DNA of 32,000 nt from Microcystis aeruginosa NIES-843 (GCF_000010625.1 NC_010296.1:1830001-1862000), one strand, 5' to 3'; positions 1-8,830 are shown, counted from the first letter of the stretch. Notes: generated by a model not told the origin, from the letters alone. Numbers and translations: made by a program.

Positions 1-705
1 TGCTTCCTCTACCAGTTGTTTAATGACTGTCTTCCGATGAATTGGTGCATTATCCATAATTAATACTGATGTTATGGTTAGAGAGGGCAACAAATATAAA
101 GATAACCACCCTTCAAAACCTTCGGCATTCAGGCTTCTCGTAAATACCATCGGTGCAATAAAGTCTTTTTTTCCCTTTCTTCTACCAGCGACAAGGTTCT
201 CTCTTTTTCCTCGTTTTCCTTGTCTATCTCCAAAGACTTTCTTCCCTTTTTTTGACCAAGCATAAAAACAGGCTTGAAATTCTTCAAACCCTGACTCATC
301 AATAAATACAAGGCTTTCACTTCCATATATTTTAATCAATTCTCTCAGCACTCTGTAGTATTTCATTCTTTCTTCTCGGTTTCTTTCTCTATAACGAAGT
401 TCCTTCTTTTTTCTGGTAACTTTCATGTTTTTTAAGGCATAGCAAATGGCACTTGGTCTCACTCCAAATTTCTCGGCTCTGTCTCTTAATCTTGCCTCGG
501 GATTTTCTTGGACATCTTTTGACAGTGCTTTCCAGTCCAGCTTTCTCTGACGGTGTTTTACCTTTGTTGCTTCCAGTTTTTCCCTACCTAGCCATCTATA
601 TATCGTCGCTCTTCCTATATTAAATAGAGCGGCGGCTTTGGTTATGCTTCCCCCATTCTCTACATAATCGATTACTTTTTTTCTCAAGTCTAGGCTATAA
701 GACAT
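1..705 (-). CDS. IS630-family DDE transposase, partial (235 codons visible; C-terminus runs off the window edge)
   Basis: My own minus-strand translation from the ATG at 705 gives MSYSLDLRKKVIDYVENGGSITKAAALFNIGRATIYRWL...LVFIDESGFEE...IMDNAPIHRKTVIKQLVEEA. It has an HTH N-terminus plus the FIDESG and MDNAPIH DDE-type motifs. It is missing from the ORF track because it has no stop inside the window. Track ORFs 74..265 and 129..326 are off-frame shadows. Confidence 0.85.
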   Translation of the reverse strand, partial: MSYSLDLRKKVIDYVENGGSITKAAALFNIGRATIYRWLGREKLEATKVKHRQRKLDWKALSKDVQENPEARLRDRAEKFGVRPSAICYALKNMKVTRKKKELRYRERNREERMKYYRVLRELIKIYGSESLVFIDESGFEEFQACFYAWSKKGKKVFGDRQGKRGKRENLVAGRRKGKKDFIAPMVFTRSLNAEGFEGWLSLYLLPSLTITSVLIMDNAPIHRKTVIKQLVEEA

Positions 706-780
706 TTTTCTGTATGGGTTGCTCGTTTCTCTTGATTTTACCTTATTTTTCCCTCGTCTCACACTTATTTGAAATGACTA
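1..780 (-). mobile_element. IS630-family insertion sequence (partial; inner end near 780)
   Basis: The transposase ORF is followed by about 75 bp of non-coding end. ParE/RelE homology of the interrupted host gene begins abruptly at 782. A TA dinucleotide sits at the junction (779..782). Confidence 0.65.
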
Positions 781-781
781 T

Positions 782-949
782 AACCCTAATCTGGGAACAG
801 CCCATACTATCGAAGGGATGCGCCGTTATCTCATTCGCCGTTTTCCTTACATCATCTTTTATGTAGAATTTGAAGCATCTATTTGGGTAGTTGCGATCGC
901 ACATGGAAAACGTAAACCTGATTACTGGAAAAAGCGAAATTTAGAATAA
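782..949 (+). pseudogene. RelE/ParE-family toxin, C-terminal remnant truncated by the IS630 element
   Basis: The frame ending at TAA 947..949 reads NPNLGTAHTIEGMRRYLIRRFPYIIFYVEFEASIWVVAIAHGKRKPDYWKKRNLE, a typical ParE/RelE C-terminal pattern (FPY-I-Y...I-I..I.HG.R.P.YW). No N-terminus is present. Confidence 0.6.
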
Positions 950-1304
950 TCGAGATACTCAAAACTAAACTAAAACCATCCCAATCCATCGAAAAAGAAA
1001 CCACAAAAGCCAGCTAAATTGCTTCTAAAATACCATAAATGCCCCCTTCATTCAGTCAGTTGAGGGGGTATTTATATCGTATTTTTATGTTATCTTGAGG
1101 GGATTTATACCGCTTTGCGGAAGGCAAAAGTCTTATACCATAAGCCTTTCATGTTCCTAATTTTTACAATCCAAATCAATCATTAATGTTACCAGTATAA
1201 AATAAATAAGAGGGGTTATTCATAATGAGTCCACATCCGTATAACTTTGACAACTTTACTCTTCTGGAATAAACTGGTCAACCAAAGGATGCTGACAGAA
1301 CAAA

Positions 1305-2075
1305 TTAAACCTTTAGCCAAGCAAAAATATCCACTGCTGATATTGACCAACGTTCTAATCCTTTAATCACTGCTAAAGGCTCATTATTTCCTTCAGTTGC
1401 AATATGTACTTTCGGTAATCCTGTTTGAAAAACGGTGACTGACTTGGCTGAAGGATCAATCAACCAACCTAATTCTGTTCCTTGTTGTAAACAGAAAATA
1501 ATCTTTTCCATCCCGGCTCTTCGGTAATTGTTATGCAATGGACGGGGGTTATAAGGGATGGAACCCTTATATAGAAAGGCATTTAGCGATTTTTGTCAAT
1601 TATTTTTGATCTAGAGCGAACTAATCAATTAAGTCTCTTACCAGATAAGGATTTAGTCGATTTATGACCCCCTATCGAACCATACCAAGTAACGAAGAAC
1701 CTCCATCCCTAAGGTAACAGATTGTTCAGGAGACATAATTTCAATAATCCAATCGGGATAACGTAAAAATTGATCGGCCATTTCTCCATCTAGATCTCTT
1801 GGCAAATTCTCCCAACGAATCACCGCAATATCTGGCACAATTGAACGTTCTGCAAAAGTACAACGCAATTCAGGTAGAGCATAAGCTAATTTTTGAGGTT
1901 TAGTCTGTTGATTAATGGCAGAGGCTAACTCAAATTGTAAGATGCTGTGTTTTCCTTTGGCCATAGGTTTTTGAGTGACAATTCCATGATAATATTCCCT
2001 AGCAGGCTTAGTTTCTGGAAGGGCAAGAAATACTTCGAGGGAAAGGGCTTGTTTATCTTCTATTGTGGCAAACAT
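1305..2075 (-). pseudogene. Uma2-family (DUF820) endonuclease split by a 187-bp MITE
   Basis: The N-terminal part is ORF 1662..2075 (PDIAV...IIEIMSPEQS). The C-terminal part is ORF 1305..1538 (MEKIIFCLQQGTELGWLIDP). Removing 1515..1701 plus one 8-bp TSD (195 bp, a multiple of 3) joins the two frames. Confidence 0.8.
1515..1701. mobile_element. MITE-A copy 1 (187 bp, ISL3-like termini)
   Basis: Imperfect terminal inverted repeats are ggctcttcggtaattgttatgcaatggacgggg and ccccctatcgaaccataccaagtaacgaagaacc. A perfect 8-bp target duplication TCCATCCC lies at 1507..1514 and 1702..1709. Homologous copies are at 10695..10881 and 16801..17127. Confidence 0.85.
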
Positions 2076-2151
2076 TGATTGATTTCTCCGCTCTTGAGTT
2101 GTTTTTATTAATTAGCTGGTTATAATTAAATTAAAAATGGATTTTAGGTTC

Positions 2152-2219
2152 GATCCCCCCTGCCCCCCTTGATAAGGGGGGTGCCGATAGGCGGGGGGAT
2201 CCCCCCTTAATAAGGGGGG
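2152..2219. repeat. Cluster of C6/G6 palindromic hairpins between the two Uma2 genes
   Basis: CCCCCCTTgatAAGGGGGG lies at 2163..2181 and CCCCCCTTaatAAGGGGGG at 2201..2219. An outer pair GATCCCCCC (2152..2160) and GGGGGGATC (2193..2201) encloses the first hairpin. Confidence 0.6.
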
Positions 2220-2326
2220 TGTCTGATAATTTTTAACGCCTACCTACTTATAAGCTCCTGACTCCTTACTCTCAGGTAAGTTTTTGATTTTTACCATAAG
2301 TCCAATCTAAAAATACGGGTTTTTCT

Positions 2327-2947
2327 TTAAGCTCTAGCACGAAAAATTTGATTAGCAGTGAGGTTTAACTCTGGAAAAACCCCTGAAATAAGACGTTGAT
2401 CCTGTTTAAATAAATTACCTTGATATTCTCCATCGATTAATTGATAGATAGAAATGGTGGGTTCTTTGGGGCTGCCGATATATCGGGCCGAACCTTTGGC
2501 TAAATAATCGATAATCCAATATTCGGCAATTCCTAATTGTTCGTAGTCGTCGAATTTTTTCAGATAATCATCTCGCCAATTGGAACTGACAATTTCAATA
2601 ATTAATTTAGCTGATGTTGCCAGAGAAATTGAGGAAGCGGTTTCCCAATAGAGATCATTAACTAGATTTTCTCTGTCTAAGACAATAATATCGGGTAGAT
2701 AACCTGTATGGGGGCGAAGGGGTTTTACTGCCGCAGTATTAGGGATAAAATAGGGCAATTGCTGCCGATTTATCTCTAAGAATAGGGTTCCAGAAACAAA
2801 TCCGCCAATTTCTTCGTGTTTTCCGATCGGTCGCATCATGGCCAATAATTTTCCTGCGATTAATTCGTATTGTTGTCCATCATCGGGATATTGATTAATA
2901 TAGTCATCAAAAGTCAACAATTGGGGGATGGTTTGGGTTGTGGTCAT
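2327..2947 (-). CDS. Uma2-family (DUF820) endonuclease, intact
   Basis: 206-aa ORF with YELIAGKL, PDIIVLD, IIEIVSSNWRDDYLKKFDDYEQLGIAEYWIIDY, the PD-(D/E)xK-like Uma2 pattern. Confidence 0.85.
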   Translation of the reverse strand: MTTTQTIPQLLTFDDYINQYPDDGQQYELIAGKLLAMMRPIGKHEEIGGFVSGTLFLEINRQQLPYFIPNTAAVKPLRPHTGYLPDIIVLDRENLVNDLYWETASSISLATSAKLIIEIVSSNWRDDYLKKFDDYEQLGIAEYWIIDYLAKGSARYIGSPKEPTISIYQLIDGEYQGNLFKQDQRLISGVFPELNLTANQIFRARA

Positions 2948-2995
2948 GGCAGTTAGGGTAAATAAGAGAGATGATTTTTCTAGATTCTAACTCGA

Positions 2996-4522
2996 TTAAC
3001 GACGTTGCCACCAAGTCAATCCAGCTAGGGTAAATCCTACTAAAGGCATCACTACCATCGCTATCCAAAAAATAGCGTTAGCTTGCAGGGGATTTAAATT
3101 GATTCTTCTATTTTCTGGTTCCTTAGCCCGGATAGATAAGGTGGCTGTTTCACCACTGGCTAACCACTGCACAGAATTTAAAAATATATCTCCGTTTAAC
3201 TGTTGTTCAAACAGTCCATCGCTGGCAAAGCTGGCATTACCAATCACGATTAATTTACCTTTTTTTCCCGTCAGAGCAACTCCTAGATCAAAGGGGCCGG
3301 CTAAATCTTTTTCAGGGTTAAACTGGAGATTCTGATCATTTAAATCACTCTCAGCCCACATTTTATCATTAGTAATCATTAAAGATATGGCTTCGATTCC
3401 TTCCACGGGAACGGTAGCGATGGGACGAGCAAAGGGAAAGATAGAAATACCGTTAGCAAAATCGCGAGTAATGGGATGATTACCGTAATTGGTAATAATG
3501 GGACTAGCTGGTCCTAGTCCGATGATTTCCCCGGCACCGGAAGCATCAATAATAATCCGATTATCTAGTTTCACACCCCAAGCGGTTAATAAGGGTTCTA
3601 ATCCGGTTTCGGTTTGGGGGTCAATCATTAATAAAATTTTGCCCCCTTGCTCAAGATAGTTTTTTAAAGCGGTGACTTCCTGGGGAAATATTTTTCTTTT
3701 GGGACTGGCAATAATAATGACATCGGCATTACTGGGAATGGTGGAACGTTCTACTAGATTAAGTGGTTTTACTTGATAACCTTTTGCTTCTAAACTATTG
3801 ACTGCTTGTCCTAAACCCCCTTGAGGTTCTTTGAGGGCATTTTCTCCATGACCTTGCAGAAAGTAAGCGGTTAAAGTGCGATTAGTTTTAGCGGTTTCGA
3901 TGGCGTTACTCAGTTTCGCTTCGGTGAGATTTTCCTGTTCACTAATAGTTTTCAGGGGTTGTTTTTTTTCACCATACTGTAGATAGACTCTGGACAGATT
4001 ATCATTAGCTAGTTTTTTAAATTCTTGAGCGATATTGGGTTTTTTCTCCGGGTTAACTATCTCGTACTGAAATTGGGGATTTTTGCGTTGATAATTGGCT
4101 AAAAGTTCCTGTTCGTTGCCACTGATTCCCCGGGTTGAAAAAATCCAGACTTTGACTGGTTTTGACAGATTGGTTAATAGTCTTTCGGTTTGGGGGGATA
4201 AACTAAAGATTTGGTTTTCGGTTAAATCAACTCGATAGGGATAACGGAGGGCGAGAAAGTTAATTAAACCGATAACACCGAGGACAATAATAGTAGTAAT
4301 GAGGGTTTGAGTGCCGGTGCGGGTACTTCTTTTTTGCCAAAAGTCTTTGGAAGTGATTACTAATAACAACAGCCACCCTAGAAACAGAATAGCCCCGGCA
4401 ATTAATAACCCCAGAGAGAGGGATGACCATTGACCGGAGATTAACCCCACGGTTAGGCCGGCACTACCCAGAAATAGGGCGGGTATATAGAGAAATTTAC
4501 TGTATTTTTGCCAGTATCTCAT
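2996..4522 (-). CDS. GldG-like auxiliary component of an ABC transport system (ABC_transp_aux type)
   Basis: 508-aa ORF with N- and C-terminal TM helices flanking a large periplasmic domain. It lies directly downstream of an ABC-2 permease and ATPase. Confidence 0.75.
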   Translation of the reverse strand: MRYWQKYSKFLYIPALFLGSAGLTVGLISGQWSSLSLGLLIAGAILFLGWLLLLVITSKDFWQKRSTRTGTQTLITTIIVLGVIGLINFLALRYPYRVDLTENQIFSLSPQTERLLTNLSKPVKVWIFSTRGISGNEQELLANYQRKNPQFQYEIVNPEKKPNIAQEFKKLANDNLSRVYLQYGEKKQPLKTISEQENLTEAKLSNAIETAKTNRTLTAYFLQGHGENALKEPQGGLGQAVNSLEAKGYQVKPLNLVERSTIPSNADVIIIASPKRKIFPQEVTALKNYLEQGGKILLMIDPQTETGLEPLLTAWGVKLDNRIIIDASGAGEIIGLGPASPIITNYGNHPITRDFANGISIFPFARPIATVPVEGIEAISLMITNDKMWAESDLNDQNLQFNPEKDLAGPFDLGVALTGKKGKLIVIGNASFASDGLFEQQLNGDIFLNSVQWLASGETATLSIRAKEPENRRINLNPLQANAIFWIAMVVMPLVGFTLAGLTWWQRR

Positions 4523-4524
4523 AG

Positions 4525-5355
4525 TTAGTTTCTTTGATAACGGTCCGCTTCGATCGCTTGAGTAGTTAGGAAGATTCCCAGCAGAATATAACTGAGGAGG
4601 ATGACTAAACTACTACTGTCAAAAATTCCCCGCACGAAATTGTTAAAGGGTTGATACCAAGATAGATGGGAGAGCAATTCTTTTAGGAAAAATCCGATCT
4701 GTTCTCCCACTTCTCCTCCGATGCGATCTCGAAAGAAGGTTTCGACATTGTTAGCAATGACATCCAGTATCCAGATAAATAAGATGGTGATAAAGGTGAT
4801 GATGTAAGCAAGGATAGAACTATTGGTGAGGGAAGAAATAAACATTCCGATGGCTAGGATGGCCGCTGCCAGTAAAATTAATCCTAGATGAGCCAGTAAA
4901 ATACTGGCTATATTCACCGGGGGAACTGCGCTACTAAAAACCACTATTTCGTAAACCCAGAGGGGGGCAATCATCACGGTAAAAAAGGCCAGCACTCCCA
5001 ATAATTTACCGATGGCTATACTCCAATTGGTCAGGGGGGAAGTGGCTAAAAGTTCTAGGGTTCCCTGTTTTTTTTCCTCTGCGTATAATCCCATAGACAG
5101 GGCTGGCAAAATTACCAACAATAAAGAGGATAAAATCATGCCGATGAAAGTGGTCATAAATTCAGATACCACATCTCTGGCTACCAGAAATCCCGATTGT
5201 TCCTGGATACTAATATCGAGAATAATTCCGTAGAGAAGGGAGTTAAAGAAAAATCCTGCTACTAACCAAAATATCCCCATAATGATATAGGCATTGGCGG
5301 CGGTAAAATAGCTTTGAAATTCCTTGCGAAAAATCGCCCAGATATTATTGATCAT
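4525..5355 (-). CDS. ABC-2 type transporter permease (GldF-like)
   Basis: 276-aa polytopic membrane ORF. It overlaps the upstream ATPase gene by 11 nt. Confidence 0.8.
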   Translation of the reverse strand: MINNIWAIFRKEFQSYFTAANAYIIMGIFWLVAGFFFNSLLYGIILDISIQEQSGFLVARDVVSEFMTTFIGMILSSLLLVILPALSMGLYAEEKKQGTLELLATSPLTNWSIAIGKLLGVLAFFTVMIAPLWVYEIVVFSSAVPPVNIASILLAHLGLILLAAAILAIGMFISSLTNSSILAYIITFITILFIWILDVIANNVETFFRDRIGGEVGEQIGFFLKELLSHLSWYQPFNNFVRGIFDSSSLVILLSYILLGIFLTTQAIEADRYQRN

Positions 5356-6286
5356 GCCTCTCCTCTTGCTGGTTACTTTCCCCGCTGCCGATTACTTCCA
5401 GAAATATATCTTCTAGGGTTTTACGGGTGCGACGCATTTCTAATAAGTTATAACCATTGTTGACAACTATTCTAGCAAGTTCTGCCCCTAAGTTTGTTCC
5501 CACTTGACCAACAATTTTGAGCAGGTTATCGCCGACTTTTGCTGCTTGTTCGACTTGGGGTATTTGTTGCAGGATTTCTAGCAGGGAATCCCTATCACCT
5601 TCGATCTCAATTTCATAACTGGAACCGGCAGGGGTAGCGGTAGTAATATTATTGGCCACGATGCGACCCCGATTAATAATTGTCGCTCGATCGCAGGTAA
5701 TACTCACTTCTGGCAAAATATGAGTGGAGAGAATAATTGTATGTTCTCCCGCTAAACTTTTAATCAGATTTCTCACCTCGATAATCTGTTTCGGATCCAA
5801 TCCTACTGTCGGTTCATCTAAAATAATTACCGGTGGATCATGTATGATCGCTTGGGCAATTCCTACACGCTGTTTATAACCTTTGGATAATTTGCGGATA
5901 ATAACTTTTCTTTTTTCTAGTAACTGACATTTACCTAAAACTAAATCTACCCGCGCTTTTCTATCTCCCGATGAGATGCCTTTAATCCGTGCCACAAAAT
6001 CAAGAAAACTTTCCACGGTCATCTCTGGATACAAGGGGGGATTTTCGGGAAGATAACCAATGCGACGACGCACTTCTAAGGATTGTTGATGCACATCGTA
6101 TCCTGCTATCCTTGCTGTTCCCGTTGTGGCAGGAATATAACCAGATAAAATCCTCATAGTCGTGGTTTTTCCGGCTCCATTTGGTCCCAAAAAACCGAGA
6201 ATTTCTCCTTTTTCTACGGTAAAATCTACGTCACTTATTGCCGTGGTAGAACCATAAATTTTACTCAGATGTTCGACTTCAATCAT
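5345..6286 (-). CDS. ABC transporter ATP-binding protein (GldA-like)
   Basis: Walker A GPNGAGKTT, signature LSKGYKQR, Walker B IILDEPTVGLD, H-loop STHIL. Confidence 0.9.
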   Translation of the reverse strand: MIEVEHLSKIYGSTTAISDVDFTVEKGEILGFLGPNGAGKTTTMRILSGYIPATTGTARIAGYDVHQQSLEVRRRIGYLPENPPLYPEMTVESFLDFVARIKGISSGDRKARVDLVLGKCQLLEKRKVIIRKLSKGYKQRVGIAQAIIHDPPVIILDEPTVGLDPKQIIEVRNLIKSLAGEHTIILSTHILPEVSITCDRATIINRGRIVANNITTATPAGSSYEIEIEGDRDSLLEILQQIPQVEQAAKVGDNLLKIVGQVGTNLGAELARIVVNNGYNLLEMRRTRKTLEDIFLEVIGSGESNQQEERHDQ

Positions 6287-6292
6287 AAGCTT

Positions 6293-6355
6293 TATCAGTT
6301 ATCAGTTATCAGTTATCAGTTATCAGTTATCAGTTATCAGTTATCAGTTATCAGT
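6293..6355. repeat. Heptanucleotide tandem repeat (TATCAGT) x9
   Basis: Nine perfect contiguous 7-mers, immediately upstream of the ABC ATPase start codon (6286, minus strand). Confidence 0.95.
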
Positions 6356-6491
6356 CAATAGTGTTAAGTGACAAGTTCGGAGCTTTCTTTTAACTCGACG
6401 GAATCTAAAACCTAATTTGTTAAGCTAGAAGATTTTATGGACTTAGTTTCTAACCTTCTTTTTGGGTAGGAGAATTGCCAGATTCTTTCTT

Positions 6492-6526
6492 TTGCCTCTT
6501 GCCTCTTGCCTCTTGCCTCTTGCCTA
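6492..6526. repeat. Heptanucleotide tandem repeat (TTGCCTC) x4 plus one variant
   Basis: ttgcctc x4 followed by ttgccta. The same TTGCCTN heptamer family recurs, on the opposite strand, at 22991..23025. Confidence 0.9.
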
Positions 6527-6530
6527 CTGC

Positions 6531-7511
6531 TCACTGATAACTGATTTTTCCCAGACTATGATCCCGATTAATTTCTACCACTAGATGCGCTTGTTTGAGC
6601 AGGGGTGGCAGAAATAATTGCGGATGTAAACTTTTCCAAAAATACTTGACAAATTCCTCGATTTCTGATGGGTTCATACCTCCTTTTGTTTCGGCCGCCT
6701 GTCGCCATTGTAAACTGTAACGGTAGTCAAGGGGAAAAAGAATCAGTAAGCGATCGATTTTTGACCAGAGGGGTAGATATTCTCGCAATCTTTGATTATT
6801 ATCCCTGGCGAATTGTCGGTCTTCCTCGCTATTAATCGGATCGGGGGCATGATCAAAGACTGTTTCTTCTACTGGATTCATGCCCACAAACCAACCCTCG
6901 AAAAAAAGAATATCAACTCGTTCCACTTGTTCCGCTGCAATTCTATCTCCTTGTCCTCGATGCAGGGACTTGTCAAAACGCGGGATTAAAATCGGACTTT
7001 CTTGCTGACAAACCTGTTCTAAAACTTTAATTCCTAATGCTATATCATGAGTACCCGGTGGACCACGCCAGCGCAATCTTTCATCCTTTTGACGCAATTT
7101 TATTCGCTCATTATAGGTCTTATAAATATCATCTAAAGAGAGATTATTTACTTTTAAATCAAAATAGGCTAAAATAATCGACATTATGGATGTTAAGGTG
7201 GTCTTTCCCGTGCCTTGAGGGGCCAAAATGCCTTGAATCAACGGTTTTGCGTGGCTGCGTAGCTGTAGCGCCCAGGGAATCCAGAAGCGCCAACAGCTGA
7301 TCAAAATCTGATTTGGCTGATTTATCCCTAACTCCTGACATTTTTGCCAGACTCGCGGCCAGAGAATCATTAGTAGTTCCGCCCTTTCCTGTAGGATGAG
7401 AGGGTTAGTCTGCTGAAAACTTAAGGATTCGATCTCTAGTAATTCTTCTAGATCCGCCTGACTTAAGGGATTTTTGTCGATTAATCCCCGTAAAATCGTC
7501 AAAATCTTCAT
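6531..7511 (-). CDS. D-glycerate 3-kinase-like P-loop kinase (plant/cyanobacterial GLYK type)
   Basis: 326 aa with GILAPQGTGKTTL (P-loop), DDIYKT, RGPPGTHD, IPRFDKS...GDR, FEGWFVG, LQWRQAAE. This is the order of motifs I remember for GLYK/YGR205W-type kinases. Confidence 0.7.
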   Translation of the reverse strand: MKILTILRGLIDKNPLSQADLEELLEIESLSFQQTNPLILQERAELLMILWPRVWQKCQELGINQPNQILISCWRFWIPWALQLRSHAKPLIQGILAPQGTGKTTLTSIMSIILAYFDLKVNNLSLDDIYKTYNERIKLRQKDERLRWRGPPGTHDIALGIKVLEQVCQQESPILIPRFDKSLHRGQGDRIAAEQVERVDILFFEGWFVGMNPVEETVFDHAPDPINSEEDRQFARDNNQRLREYLPLWSKIDRLLILFPLDYRYSLQWRQAAETKGGMNPSEIEEFVKYFWKSLHPQLFLPPLLKQAHLVVEINRDHSLGKISYQ

Positions 7512-7650
7512 AGCTGTTATATCAGAATTAGCAAAAAACTGTCCCGATGATTCAGGAGTAATTCTCTGGGGTTAGCCACCCATACCGGCAGATTAATCCC
7601 GCTCAAGATTTTTTTTGAGAGTGTTTTTTAGGGTTATTTGCCCAAAAATG

Positions 7651-7725
7651 AAGGGTTCGCAGGCAGGCACGGACTCCCATTATATATATAAGTATATGTC
7701 AAGTCCCGTTTTCAGTCAAGAGGTT
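7651..7725 (-). promoter_or_regulatory. Promoter-like leader element, copy A (core only), about 140 nt upstream of the glycerate kinase gene
   Basis: The minus strand reads cTTGACTgaaaacgggacttgacaTATACTtatatatataatgggagtccgtgcctgcctgcgaaccc. That is TTGACT, a 17-nt spacer, then TATACT, followed by the conserved leader shared with the DUF29 units. Confidence 0.5.
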
Positions 7726-7806
7726 TGGTCAAAAATCTCTAGCTTTGTCTCCAGTTTCCCAATCGGTTAGACTAAGAATTATTCACATTACTTAACAAAA
7801 CAGCCG

Positions 7807-8673
7807 ATGAATACAGCTGCTCTGACGATAAAGCAAAATTGGCAATGGCAAGGACATTCGATACACTATGTGCAAGCGGGTACTAGAGTCACGGGAAAAC
7901 CCCCTTTACTATTAGTCCACGGTTTTGGCGCTTCCACCGACCATTGGCGAAAAAATGTGCAAGGTTTAGCCTCAGAATGGGAGGTATGGGCGATCGATCT
8001 GTTAGGATTTGGTAGATCAGCTAAACCGGATATTGTCTATAGTGGCAGTCTTTGGCAGCAACAATTAAACGATTTTATCAAGGAAGTTGTGGGCCAACCG
8101 ACGGTTTTAGCCGGTAATTCTCTGGGGGGTTACGCTTCTCTCTGTGTGGCTGCTAATCATTCCGAGAATGTTCGGGGATTAATTCTCCTCAATAGTGCCG
8201 GTCCCTTTAGCGAGACAGAAAGCAATCGTCAGCCTAATTTAGCACAAAAATTACTGCGATCGATGCTGGTGCAACCCTGGGCCAGTTATCTCTTATTTCT
8301 CTATACCCGTCAACCCAAAACTATCCGCAAAACCCTAGAGAAAGTATATCTCGATCGCAGTGCCATTACCGAGCAGTTAATAGAAGATATCCGTCGTCCT
8401 TCCCTGGATGCGGGAGCAGCCAAAGTTTTTGCTTCTGTGTTTAAATCTCCCCGGGGGGAAAATGTGGATATTCTCCTGCAAAAGTTAAGTTGTCCCCTGT
8501 TGATGTTATGGGGTGAGGGGGACACTTGGATGAATACTAGGGAACGCGGGGCCAAATTCCGTCAATACTATCCTTCTCTCACAGAATATTATCTAACTGC
8601 CGGTCATTGTCCCCACGATGAAATTCCCACAGAGGTTAACCGGTTGATTGGTGATTGGATGAAAAGCTTATAG
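7807..8673 (+). CDS. Alpha/beta-fold hydrolase
   Basis: 288 aa with HGFGAS..HW, the nucleophile elbow GNSLGG, and a C-terminal GHCPHDE. Confidence 0.85.
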   Translation: MNTAALTIKQNWQWQGHSIHYVQAGTRVTGKPPLLLVHGFGASTDHWRKNVQGLASEWEVWAIDLLGFGRSAKPDIVYSGSLWQQQLNDFIKEVVGQPTVLAGNSLGGYASLCVAANHSENVRGLILLNSAGPFSETESNRQPNLAQKLLRSMLVQPWASYLLFLYTRQPKTIRKTLEKVYLDRSAITEQLIEDIRRPSLDAGAAKVFASVFKSPRGENVDILLQKLSCPLLMLWGEGDTWMNTRERGAKFRQYYPSLTEYYLTAGHCPHDEIPTEVNRLIGDWMKSL

Positions 8674-8692
8674 GTAGTTAGGTATCGGTTAT

Positions 8693-8830
8693 CAGGTTTT
8701 TATTTTCTTGACGCTTATCTAACCTAAAAAAAGAGGGTCTGTAGGAAGGCACGGATTCCCATTCTATATATAAGTATCTGTCAAGGGCGGGGATTTGTCA
8801 AGGGGTTTTTTGAAAAAATCTGCCAAAATT
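8693..8830 (-). repeat. Promoter-like leader element, copy B (no DUF29 ORF attached on its downstream side)
   Basis: Near-identical to 9023..9190, 9632..9779, 11264..11431 and 22105..22235. Confidence 0.8.

Noticed and set aside
3099-3335. Antisense shadow ORFs inside long genes (3099..3335, 5012..5233, 6792..6989, 7159..7341, 8310..8555, 12855..13070, 13226..13447, 14527..14811, 17701..17934, 20169..20426, 23832..24098, 24951..25334, 26682..26867, 26980..27183)
   Set aside because: Each is fully embedded opposite to, or out of frame within, a much longer ORF with clear family motifs. Their composition is low-complexity.
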